In this document: positions 1-7,087 of the stretch, in pieces | Layout: each line of letters starts with the position of its first letter | Numbering within the stretch: the first letter of the stretch is position 1 | Origin: Armatimonadota bacterium | GTDB lineage: Bacteria > Armatimonadota > Fimbriimonadia > Fimbriimonadales > GBS-DC | Assembly: GCA_037445735.1 (NCBI GenBank) | Contig: JBBIJY010000039.1 | Coordinates: 1 to 17,219 of the forward strand | Reading direction: 5' to 3' | Length of the DNA: 17,219 nucleotides | Position numbers and translations under genes: made by a program | The notes under the pieces: generated by a model | Seen by the model: only the letters and a program-made list of their open reading frames with translations | Told to the model about the DNA's origin: nothing | The model's database searches: none

Positions 1-1322
1 CCGCGCTCCTTCGGCTGACCGTACAGCTCCGGATGCAGGTACCTGCCCTTGAGGGCATCCTCTTTCTCCTGCTCGGTCTGGTAGCCGTACCGCTGCACCC
101 ACAGGTCGTTCCGAATGGCTTTCACTTCCCAGCTGACCTTCTTGCCCGGCACGCCGCCCGCTATCTTGAAGCGGTTGTTCTGGATTTCCACGGCGACATG
201 CAGGTTGGGCATCGGCGCGCCGATGGGTGTGAGCGTGTAGCGCGGGTCGCGGTTGATGGCTTCGAAGTAGGCGGGCAGTTGCACCCACGCTTCGCCGCGC
301 GCGTCCAGCACAACGATGCCGTTGTAGACATTCTGGGGTTCGGGACCTTCGGTGCAGAAGTGGTTCAGGTAGTGGGTTTCGGGGCTGAGGGGGTGGTCGA
401 TCTGGAACGCCTTGGTGCCTGTGGCGGCGAAGCGACCGAGAGAGTAGACGCCGTAGCCATCGGGGCTGTGGCTTTGCCCATACACGCCGTAGTTGGTGCC
501 ACTGGTGGCGAGTGCCTCACCCCACACGCCATAGCCCGAATTGCCAGAGCTATAACCAACCACGCCACTGGCGGAGCCAGTGGTGGCAGTCGCCCAGCCA
601 AACACGCCTGTACCTGACGCGCTCGTGCCGTACACGCCCCAGCCAGAGCCGGCCTGGGAACCCCAGACACCGATGCCAAGTCCACCCGTGCCACGATTGA
701 TCCCGCGCACCGCAGCGGAAAGGGCGCCCGGGCTGGTGGAGCTGACCTCGCCCAGCACGCCCACGGCAGAGCCGCTGGTGGAGTTTGTGATGCCGTGAAC
801 GCCGGGCGCGGTGCCCGTGGTGGCAGCGTGCAAGCCGTAAACGCCTGTGCCATCGGGACTGCTGCTCTGCCCGTACACGCCGTAGGTCGTGCCAGTGGTC
901 GCGCGTGTCCAGCCGAACACGCCTGTGCCCGACACGCTGTCGCTCAACCCGTACACGCCGAACGAGGCGCCCGTCGTGGAGAGCGCATAGCCCAGCACGC
1001 CACGCGCCTGCGGACCCTGCGCCTCAAACCGCGCCCCATAGGTGAAGCCACTGGTCGCCAGCGACTTGCCGAAGATGGTGGGACCAGGAGCCACGGTCTG
1101 CACGAAGAGAGCGGGTTCCGTCGCGCTGCTGTTGGCGATGAAGAACTTCGCGACGGCGCCCGTGCCGTTCTGGGTGATCTGGAAGAGGTAGGTGCTGTTA
1201 TTGCCAGACCCTGTGAAAGGCAGGCTCAACTGGGCGGAAACGGTTGAATAGCCGACAAGCATCCACACAATCGCGCACGCAAAGCGGTGCGCCATACCCA
1301 GGAATCGCGCTCCTTGCATCAT
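1..1322 (-). CDS. Secreted GVxG-repeat (probable beta-helix/fibre) protein with conserved C-terminal 'KxFxIDHP' domain; 3' end runs off the window
   Basis: Not in the ORF track because there is no stop in the window. I translated it by hand: ATG at 1322, GGAGG RBS at 1329-1333, open for 440 codons. It begins MMQGARFLGMAHRFACAIVWMLVGYSTVSA|Q (signal-peptide-like), has 13 GV(Y/F/W/L/V/H)G repeats, then GTKAFQIDHPLSPETHYLNHFCTEGPEPQNVYNGIVVLDARGEAWVQLPAYF...KVSWEVKAIRND...YLHPELYGQPKER. Confidence 0.9.
   Translation of the reverse strand, partial: MMQGARFLGMAHRFACAIVWMLVGYSTVSAQLSLPFTGSGNNSTYLFQITQNGTGAVAKFFIANSSATEPALFVQTVAPGPTIFGKSLATSGFTYGARFEAQGPQARGVLGYALSTTGASFGVYGLSDSVSGTGVFGWTRATTGTTYGVYGQSSSPDGTGVYGLHAATTGTAPGVHGITNSTSGSAVGVLGEVSSTSPGALSAAVRGINRGTGGLGIGVWGSQAGSGWGVYGTSASGTGVFGWATATTGSASGVVGYSSGNSGYGVWGEALATSGTNYGVYGQSHSPDGYGVYSLGRFAATGTKAFQIDHPLSPETHYLNHFCTEGPEPQNVYNGIVVLDARGEAWVQLPAYFEAINRDPRYTLTPIGAPMPNLHVAVEIQNNRFKIAGGVPGKKVSWEVKAIRNDLWVQRYGYQTEQEKEDALKGRYLHPELYGQPKER
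441..1001 (-). repeat. Intragenic degenerate tandem repeat, GVxG units mostly alternating 14/12 aa
   Basis: Near-identical DNA copies: ccatcggggctgtggctttgcccatacacgccgtag (~457-492) vs ccatcgggactgctgctctgcccgtacacgccgtag (~850-885); ccagccaaacacgcctgt (~594) vs ccagccgaacacgcctgt (~908). Confidence 0.85.
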
Positions 1323-1547
1323 TTTGAACCTCCACTGGTTTTTCTATACCTCACTGCTGTAAGATTTCCTGCTCGAAGTCGTTGCGATTGGCTCGAATCG
1401 CCCGAATCGATGTCCGCTTTTTGGGGGTTTTTGAGTCTATTAAGGGTGGATGACCTCTCACAGGGGTCAGCCAACAGGGCGAAAATTTAGAGACATCGGC
1501 GGCGCTGGGCTTTGATCCTCCTTTCGACAGCGTCGCCCATTTTTTTC

Positions 1548-1587
1548 AAAAAAAAAGAGGTAGCCCGCTCATGGGCTACCTCTTTTT
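1548..1587 (-). terminator. Rho-independent terminator (possibly bidirectional) after the small HTH gene
   Basis: Perfect inverted repeat AAAAAGAGGTAGCCC (1552-1566), 6-nt loop, GGGCTACCTCTTTTT (1573-1587). A9 at 1548-1556 gives a U-tract on the minus strand, and the hairpin begins 20 nt after the stop at 1607. Confidence 0.9.
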
Positions 1588-1606
1588 GTGTGCAGCATCG
1601 GGTTTG

Positions 1607-1828
1607 TCAGACGCTAATCAGCTCTTCAGCGGGTGTTTCAGCGGTCTGGATGGTGGTCAGTACAGAGCCAGCGAACAGTTTGTGCAGGATGGTCATGGCA
1701 ATCTGTTCCACTTGCTCGGTCGTAATCGCCAGATGGTCGGCAACCTGTTCAGGGGTCAATCCCTCCGCGAACAGACGGATAGCGTTCCGCTCGCGCTCTG
1801 TCAGATGATGCATGTGATCCGTCTCCAT
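1607..1828 (-). CDS. Small LuxR/GerE-like helix-turn-helix protein (73 aa), divergent and acidic
   Basis: LTERERNAIRLFAEGLTPEQVADHLAIT...ILHKL matches the LuxR C-terminal HTH pattern. It has a strong AGGAGGT RBS, its own -10 at 1864-1875 and its own terminator. Confidence 0.8.
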   Translation of the reverse strand: METDHMHHLTERERNAIRLFAEGLTPEQVADHLAITTEQVEQIAMTILHKLFAGSVLTTIQTAETPAEELISV

Positions 1829-1863
1829 AGCGTACCTCCTTTGGGTTTGGTTCTCCAGAGGCG

Positions 1864-1875
1864 ATTATACCCGCT
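1864..1875 (-). promoter_or_regulatory. Putative extended -10 promoter element AGCGGGTATAAT
   Basis: Consensus TATAAT about 35 nt upstream of the 1828 ATG; the same motif recurs before other genes in the window. Confidence 0.65.
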
Positions 1876-1889
1876 GGATGACAGCGGAG

Positions 1890-2690
1890 TCAAGAGTTTT
1901 CGCGGGATTGGACAAAACTGGTAGAACTGCTGGTTCGTCGGGCGCGGCTGCCGTTGCGGGGCAGGGGCGTGACGACCGTCTCGTACTGGTTGCCCCTGCG
2001 GCGGATGTAGCCGCGCGCCTCCAGCTCCTGCAGGTAGTTCGTCAGCGTTTTGCGTGAGCAGCCCAGCATCGCCGCGATCTGCGTGCGACTGAGGGTCGGC
2101 TGCTCATACAGCAGATAGAGCAGTTGCTCCAGCGTGGCTTCTCTGTTGGGCGGCAGATGGTTGCGTTCAGGCGCCATAGCGACCACCGCCTGCGCTGGCT
2201 CGGGTGGCACGCGGATGGGCGGCTCCGGTGTCGGCTCCGCGTTTGCCTGCTCCTGCATGCGCAGCGCGTAGTTGCGATCCTCGCCGATAATCTCGATCAG
2301 CGCGAACATGATGATGGGCAGGGTAACCGAGAGCAGGAACGGACGCAGGAACACCACCACCTGATCGAACGCGCTCGCGGTCGCCAGCGGCTGCTGGTGC
2401 ATGATGCCATAGAGATAGTTGGCGTACGCGCTGATAAAAGTCACCAGAATCAGCACCGCCCACAGGGGCGCGGTGGAGCGTCCCTGCCGCTTGCGTAGCT
2501 GGATGCCGTACGCCAGACCCAGAATGCCCAGATCGATTCCGAGCGCCTGCACATAGCCCCACAGCAGATGACCGCCCTCCAGCGTGCTGAAGGTGTACGC
2601 CACATGATGCACGCTGCCCGCCAGCACAAACAGCGTTACCAGCACCAGCAGCGCGGTCGACAACGGCATATCTTTGAGCAGATATCGCAT
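1890..2690 (-). CDS. Membrane protein with about 4 N-terminal TM helices (DUF2637-like), Pro-rich linker and C-terminal winged HTH
   Basis: Hydrophobic helices with 'LGID' and 'ISAYANY' motifs, a PTPEPP linker, and QPTLSRTQIAAMLGCSRKTLTNYLQELEARGYIRR (wHTH). GGAGG RBS at ~2700-2704. Confidence 0.75.
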   Translation of the reverse strand: MRYLLKDMPLSTALLVLVTLFVLAGSVHHVAYTFSTLEGGHLLWGYVQALGIDLGILGLAYGIQLRKRQGRSTAPLWAVLILVTFISAYANYLYGIMHQQPLATASAFDQVVVFLRPFLLSVTLPIIMFALIEIIGEDRNYALRMQEQANAEPTPEPPIRVPPEPAQAVVAMAPERNHLPPNREATLEQLLYLLYEQPTLSRTQIAAMLGCSRKTLTNYLQELEARGYIRRRGNQYETVVTPLPRNGSRARRTSSSTSFVQSRENS

Positions 2691-2805
2691 CGGTAGTAAC
2701 CTCCGTGTTGTTTGGGGCGACTGTCAGACAAAGCCTGCACGCCCTCTCCACCTTTATCGGCTGGACTGGTTCAGTTCGGGATGGCGTTTCCGATTCCTGC
2801 TCGAT

Positions 2806-3735
2806 TCACGCGGGATGGTGGCGCATTTCGCCAGCGGTCGCCCCCTGCGGCTGCACCGATAGCGTGCCCACCGATAGCAGCACCAGCAGCACCCACAGCA
2901 GGTCGGTTATCGTCAGATGCACCAGCTGCATCCACACGGGCGCTTTGAGCCACACATTGAGCGCGCCGATGAGCAACTGCCCCACATAGAGCAGGTTGAA
3001 CGCCACGCAGAGCCGAACCGTGAAGCGCGTGAACCGCTGCAGGGTGAGCGCGGTCAGCCCCGTAAGGAAGTAGACCCCGACGCCTATCGCCAGCCACGGG
3101 TGATAGATTCGCAGCGCCAGCAGCGTCCGTCCGATAACGGGCGACTGGTCGATTGCGCCCAGCTTGAGCAGGGTATCGCCCAGCGCGGTGATGGCGCCAC
3201 TGACACTGACCAGCAGCATCAGCACCAGCGCGGTTAGAATCCCGACGCCTATCCAGCCCTGCCCGCGCACTCGAAAGCGTGTCCCGCCCGACGCCCAGTA
3301 CGCCGTTAATGTGAGCGCACCGAGCAACAGGAGCGTGTTCGCCAGATGCACCGCCATCATCACCGCCCGCTCGTACGACACATCGCGCGCGACCCACTCG
3401 TAGCGCACCAGCAGCATGCCAATCAACGCCTCGGTGATGATGAACAGCAGGCTCAGCAGCGTGCCCAGTCGCACGATGTGCCGCCGCGGGTAGAGCCGGA
3501 ACGCCCCGATGACCATCGCCAGCACCAGCAGCCCTGCCAGCCCGCTGGTGAGCCGATGGGTCAGCTCGATGAGCGTCTCCACCGCTGGCGCACGGGGGAT
3601 AATCTCGCCGTTACACAGCGGCCAGTGGCTGCCGCACCCTGCGCCACTGCCCGTCGCCCGCACATACGCGCCCCACACAATCACCAGCACATTGTAAGCC
3701 AGCACCAGCCAGCCGAATCGGGCAAACGCACGCAT
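2806..3735 (-). CDS. ctaA: Heme A synthase (COX15/CtaA family)
   Basis: GAYVRATGSGAGCGSHWPLCNG Cys pair, ELTHR, further conserved His (VHLANT, YHPW, VHL) and about 8 TM helices. Start reassigned to ATG 3735 (MRAFARFGW); the track's upstream extension overlaps the divergent intergenic region. Confidence 0.9.
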   Translation of the reverse strand: MRAFARFGWLVLAYNVLVIVWGAYVRATGSGAGCGSHWPLCNGEIIPRAPAVETLIELTHRLTSGLAGLLVLAMVIGAFRLYPRRHIVRLGTLLSLLFIITEALIGMLLVRYEWVARDVSYERAVMMAVHLANTLLLLGALTLTAYWASGGTRFRVRGQGWIGVGILTALVLMLLVSVSGAITALGDTLLKLGAIDQSPVIGRTLLALRIYHPWLAIGVGVYFLTGLTALTLQRFTRFTVRLCVAFNLLYVGQLLIGALNVWLKAPVWMQLVHLTITDLLWVLLVLLSVGTLSVQPQGATAGEMRHHPA

Positions 3736-3901
3736 TCCTGCCCGATTATACCCCCACCAGCGGAACCTGACCCAGCCCAACCGCGTCCAAAGCCCTGACC
3801 CTGCCAGAATGGGAAGCCAGCATGTGAAACGGCGCAGACGGATGTGGAATAAGACCGATACGGGCGGCGGCAACACTCAACAGCAGAGCGGAGGAGAAAC
3901 T

Positions 3902-4159
3902 ATGAGCCAAAGGAACTGGCAATCGCAAAAGCCCGTTCGGTTGACCAAGCGTGAGATCGAGGTGCTGAGCCTGATCGCGCAGGGACGGTCCTCGCAGGAG
4001 GTCGCCGACGCGCTGTTTGTGAGCAAGCGCACCGTCGACTTCCACCTGGCGAACATCTACGAGAAGCTCAATGTGAACAATCGGGTGAAGGCGTTCCGTC
4101 GGGCTGCCCAGATGGGACTGATCCCTGTGGAGGTGTTCTTCAGCGACGGCGGGGACTGA
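3902..4159 (+). CDS. Stand-alone LuxR/GerE-family HTH transcriptional regulator (85 aa)
   Basis: LTKREIEVLSLIAQGRSSQEVADALFVSKRTVDFHLANIYEKLNVNNR is a canonical LuxR HTH. GGAGGAG RBS before ATG 3902; no receiver or sensor domain. Confidence 0.92.
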   Translation: MSQRNWQSQKPVRLTKREIEVLSLIAQGRSSQEVADALFVSKRTVDFHLANIYEKLNVNNRVKAFRRAAQMGLIPVEVFFSDGGD

Positions 4160-4188
4160 ACGCGCTCGCTCAATCAGCCACACTAAGC

Positions 4189-4219
4189 GAACCCCCTCTC
4201 CTGTATGGGGAGGGGGTTC
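4189..4219. terminator. GC-rich hairpin between convergent luxR and etfA (terminator or palindromic repeat)
   Basis: GAACCCCCTCTCC-TGTAT-GGGGAGGGGGTTC, a 13-bp stem with one G-U pair. There is no long U-tract, and it resembles the palindromes in mutL. Confidence 0.6.
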
Positions 4220-4245
4220 ACTCCCTCAAGATTCAAGTCTGACCC

Positions 4246-5214
4246 CTAACCGCCGCTTTTTGCCTGTTTCAGCTCCTCGATCAGCTGCGGCACGACCTCG
4301 TACAGGTCGGCGACCAGCCCGTAGTCGGCTACCTGAAAGATGGGCGCTTCGGGATCGATGTTGATGGCGACAATCACTCTGGAGTCCTTCATGCCCGCCA
4401 GATGTTGCACGGAGCCGGAGACCGCGACGGCGATATAGAGTTCGGGCGCGACCGTTTTGCCCGTTTGACCGACCTGCAGTTCGTTGGGGGCGATGCCGGC
4501 ATCGACGGCGGCGCGGGTCGCGCCCACCGCGCCGCCCAGCACATCAGCCAGGCCGCCGATATATTTTTCGAAGGTTTCGGGGTCTCTGAGCGGTCGCCCG
4601 CCCGACACCACCACGCGCGCCTGCGTGAGGTCGGGGCGTCCACCCGCGCTGCCCTTGAGGCTGAGCCACTCGGAGCGTGTGGGCAGTTCCACCGCGAGCG
4701 CAAAGTTCTGAATCGGCGAGCGGGTTGAGTGGGCGGTCGGCTTGCCCCAGGCGGGACCACGCACGGTCAGCACCACCGGCGTGCCCTCCACCTCAAAAGT
4801 GCCAATCAGGTTGGCGGAGTAGATGGGGCGCTTGACAGTGAATCGCCCGTTTTGGGCGGTGAAGGCGGTGATGTCGCTCAGCATTGGCGCATTCATTAAC
4901 CCTGCGACACGCGCCAGCAGGTCGCGGCTGAAGGTGCTGGTGGTCGCCACAATCAGCTCGGCGCCTGTCTGTTGAGCGGCCTGCGCCACGACGGGCGCGT
5001 ACCGTTCCGCCAGCGGGCGAGCTAAACGCGCGTCGTCAGCGACCCACACGCCCTGTGCGCCGTAGCCCGTGAGCCGTTCCACACCGCTGATGCTGTGCCC
5101 CATCGCCAGAATCTCGAACGAATCGGGCGCAACCTGCTGCGCGAACGCAATTGCGGGCAGGCTCCTGTCCGAAACTTGCTGACCGTCTGTTTCTGCAACA
5201 ACTAAAATCCTCAT
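4246..5214 (-). CDS. etfA: Electron transfer flavoprotein alpha subunit
   Basis: [76 protein letters not shown]. Start at ATG 5214 with a GAAGGAGG RBS. Confidence 0.96.
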   Translation of the reverse strand: MRILVVAETDGQQVSDRSLPAIAFAQQVAPDSFEILAMGHSISGVERLTGYGAQGVWVADDARLARPLAERYAPVVAQAAQQTGAELIVATTSTFSRDLLARVAGLMNAPMLSDITAFTAQNGRFTVKRPIYSANLIGTFEVEGTPVVLTVRGPAWGKPTAHSTRSPIQNFALAVELPTRSEWLSLKGSAGGRPDLTQARVVVSGGRPLRDPETFEKYIGGLADVLGGAVGATRAAVDAGIAPNELQVGQTGKTVAPELYIAVAVSGSVQHLAGMKDSRVIVAINIDPEAPIFQVADYGLVADLYEVVPQLIEELKQAKSGG

Positions 5215-5227
5215 TGGCTTGCCTCCT

Positions 5228-5977
5228 TCAGATGACTCGCGCCTCCTCTTTGAGCAGGCGCACCAGCTCTTTGACATCGGCGACGCGCTTGCCCGCCTGA
5301 CGCGCGGGCGGGCGCTCCACAGCAATCAGGCGCAGGCGTACCTGCGGGTTCACGCCCAGATCGGCGGGTGTGATCACCTCCAGTGGCTTGCTGCGGGCGC
5401 GCACGATGCCCGTCAGCGCCACATAGCGCGGCTCGTTCAGACGCAGATCAGCGGTAATCACCGCAGGCAGGGGAACGCGAAGGGTCTCTATGCCCCCGTC
5501 CGTTTCGCGCTCCACGATTGCCGTGCCGTTCTCAAGGGTGATTTTTGAGGCGAAGGTCGCCTGCGGCAGGTCCAGAATCGCCGCCAGCATCTGTCCGACC
5601 TGATTGTCATCGGTGTCGATGGCTTGTTTGCCCATCAGCACCAGCTGGGGCTGCTCGCGCTGATAGATTCGGGCAAGAATCTGCGCGATGCTGAGGGGGT
5701 CTAACCGTTCAGCGGTCTGAACCAGGATGGCGCGGTCGGCGCCCATCGCCAGCGCGGTACGCAACTGCTCCTGGCACGCCTCGCCGCCGATGGAGACCGC
5801 CACGATTTCGTTTGCCTTGCCCGCCTCCTTCAGGCGAATCGCTTCCTCCAGGGCAATCTCATCAAAGGGGTTCACTGCCCATTGCAGCCCATCCTGCGCG
5901 ATATCGGTTCCGTCGGCGTTTGGTGCAACCTTCGCATAGGGATCGGGAACGCGCTTGACGCTCACAACAATCTTCAT
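5228..5977 (-). CDS. etfB: Electron transfer flavoprotein beta subunit
   Basis: MKIVVSVKRVPD, NPFDEIALEEAIRLKE, ALAMGADRA, GKQAIDTD, LNEPRY; GGAGGAG RBS. Confidence 0.96.
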   Translation of the reverse strand: MKIVVSVKRVPDPYAKVAPNADGTDIAQDGLQWAVNPFDEIALEEAIRLKEAGKANEIVAVSIGGEACQEQLRTALAMGADRAILVQTAERLDPLSIAQILARIYQREQPQLVLMGKQAIDTDDNQVGQMLAAILDLPQATFASKITLENGTAIVERETDGGIETLRVPLPAVITADLRLNEPRYVALTGIVRARSKPLEVITPADLGVNPQVRLRLIAVERPPARQAGKRVADVKELVRLLKEEARVI

Positions 5978-6008
5978 CGTTGATGGCTCCTCCTTCCTGT
6001 TTGATGGG

Positions 6009-6020
6009 AGTATACCCGCT
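6009..6020 (-). promoter_or_regulatory. Putative -10 element AGCGGGTATACT for etfBA
   Basis: Same 12-mer family as 1864-1875, 7070-7080 and 10038-10049; lies 31 nt upstream of the etfB ATG. Confidence 0.6.
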
Positions 6021-6022
6021 GA

Positions 6023-7048
6023 TTAGCGTGGTGCGAGGCGCAGGATACGGTCATCGTCGGGGTGGGGTCGCCCGCGCCCGTCGCGATTGGAGGTGGACAC
6101 ATAGAGGTAGCCGTCGGGTCCGGAGGCGACGGCTCGCAGGCGTCCATACTCGCCCATTAGCAGCGCCTCCTCTTTGACCACGCGCCTGCCGTTCAGCACC
6201 ACGCGGATCAGTCGCTCCCCGCGCAGGCAGGCGACGAACAGGTTGCCCTTCCATTCGGGGAAGCGGTCGCCCCGATAGAAGGCGACTCCTGCGGGCGCGA
6301 CGGCGGGCGTGTACTCCAGCAGGGGCGATACCAGCCCGCTACCCCCCTGACGATGGTGGATCAGCGGCCAGCCGTAGTTTTTGCCGCGCTCCACGATGTT
6401 CACCTCATCGCCTCCACCTGGTCCATCGAAGCCCGACGGACCATGCTCCGACTGGAACATCAGCCCCGTGCCCGGTTGCCAGTCGAGCCCCTGCGCGTTG
6501 CGGTGACCGTACGACCAGATTTCGGGTCGGGCGTCGGTTCTGCCTGCGAAGGGGTTATCTTTCGGCACGGTTCCGTCGTCGTTGAGGCGCAGTGTCTTGC
6601 CGTTGAGGCTGTTCAGCTGCTGGGACAGTTCGCGTCTGGCGGCGTCGCCCGTGGTGATGTAGAGCTTGCCGTCGGGTCCGAAGCCGAGCGCGGTGCCGTC
6701 ATGCACGAAACTGCCTTCGATGCCCTCAATAATCACCTTCGGTTCCACGAGTCGGTCGCCCGCCTCGCGATAGCGCACCACCTTCACCTTCAGCCCGTTC
6801 TGGTTGTAGAGGTAAGCCAGATAGAGCCAGCGGTTGCGGGCGAAGTCAGGATGCAGTGCCAGCCCCATCAGCCCGCCCTCGCCCCGATGCACGCAGTCGG
6901 CTATCACCCCGAGCGGTTGCGGGCGCAGTCGCCCCTTCTCGATCACGCGCACGCGACCGGGGCGCTCCGTGAAAAAGATTCGTCCGTCGGGCGCAAACGC
7001 GATTGCCCACGGCACCTCCAGCCCCTTCGCTACCACTTCGACTCGCAT
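6023..7048 (-). CDS. PQQ-dependent sugar dehydrogenase (soluble glucose/sorbosone dehydrogenase beta-propeller)
   Basis: GLEVPWAIAFAPDG, GEGGLMGLALHPDF, HDG...FGPDGKLYITTGD, GHRNAQG, DEVN...NYGWP, GRLRAV...PDGYLYVSTSN. Confidence 0.92.
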   Translation of the reverse strand: MRVEVVAKGLEVPWAIAFAPDGRIFFTERPGRVRVIEKGRLRPQPLGVIADCVHRGEGGLMGLALHPDFARNRWLYLAYLYNQNGLKVKVVRYREAGDRLVEPKVIIEGIEGSFVHDGTALGFGPDGKLYITTGDAARRELSQQLNSLNGKTLRLNDDGTVPKDNPFAGRTDARPEIWSYGHRNAQGLDWQPGTGLMFQSEHGPSGFDGPGGGDEVNIVERGKNYGWPLIHHRQGGSGLVSPLLEYTPAVAPAGVAFYRGDRFPEWKGNLFVACLRGERLIRVVLNGRRVVKEEALLMGEYGRLRAVASGPDGYLYVSTSNRDGRGRPHPDDDRILRLAPR

Positions 7049-7087
7049 AGCCTGAAGGATACCTTACCTGCGGGTATACTTTTGTCT
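7049..7087. promoter_or_regulatory. Compact divergent promoter region with two leaderless-distance -10 elements
   Basis: On +, GCGGGTATACT (7070-7080) lies 7 nt before the mutL ATG 7088. On -, GGTATCCT (7063-7056) lies 7 nt before ATG 7048. Neither gene has a Shine-Dalgarno. Confidence 0.6.

Noticed and set aside
441..1001. Repeats as a possible CRISPR array or DGR template/variable pair
   Set aside because: They are degenerate, in-frame protein-coding repeats with no unique spacers. Differences are not adenine-specific, and there is no cas or reverse transcriptase gene in the window.
33..1247. Plus-strand ORFs 33-617, 512-700, 580-798, 795-1247 and minus ORF 365-853
   Set aside because: Antisense or off-frame shadows of the real minus-strand GVxG gene (1322 to <1), which has an RBS, a signal peptide and coherent repeats.
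1540..1556. T7-C-A9 homopolymer as a phase-variation tract
   Set aside because: Explained as the U-tract of the adjacent terminator; it is not inside a CDS or an identifiable promoter spacer.
3736..3901. N-terminal extensions of ctaA (to 3876) and luxR (from 3809)
   Set aside because: They would overlap head-to-head. Downstream ATGs fit better, with a -10 for ctaA and an RBS for luxR.
6353..7087. Apparent 245-aa N-terminal extension of MutL (904-aa ORF)
   Set aside because: It is the antisense of the PQQ dehydrogenase gene. MutL homology begins just after ATG 7088, which has a -10 element 7 nt upstream.
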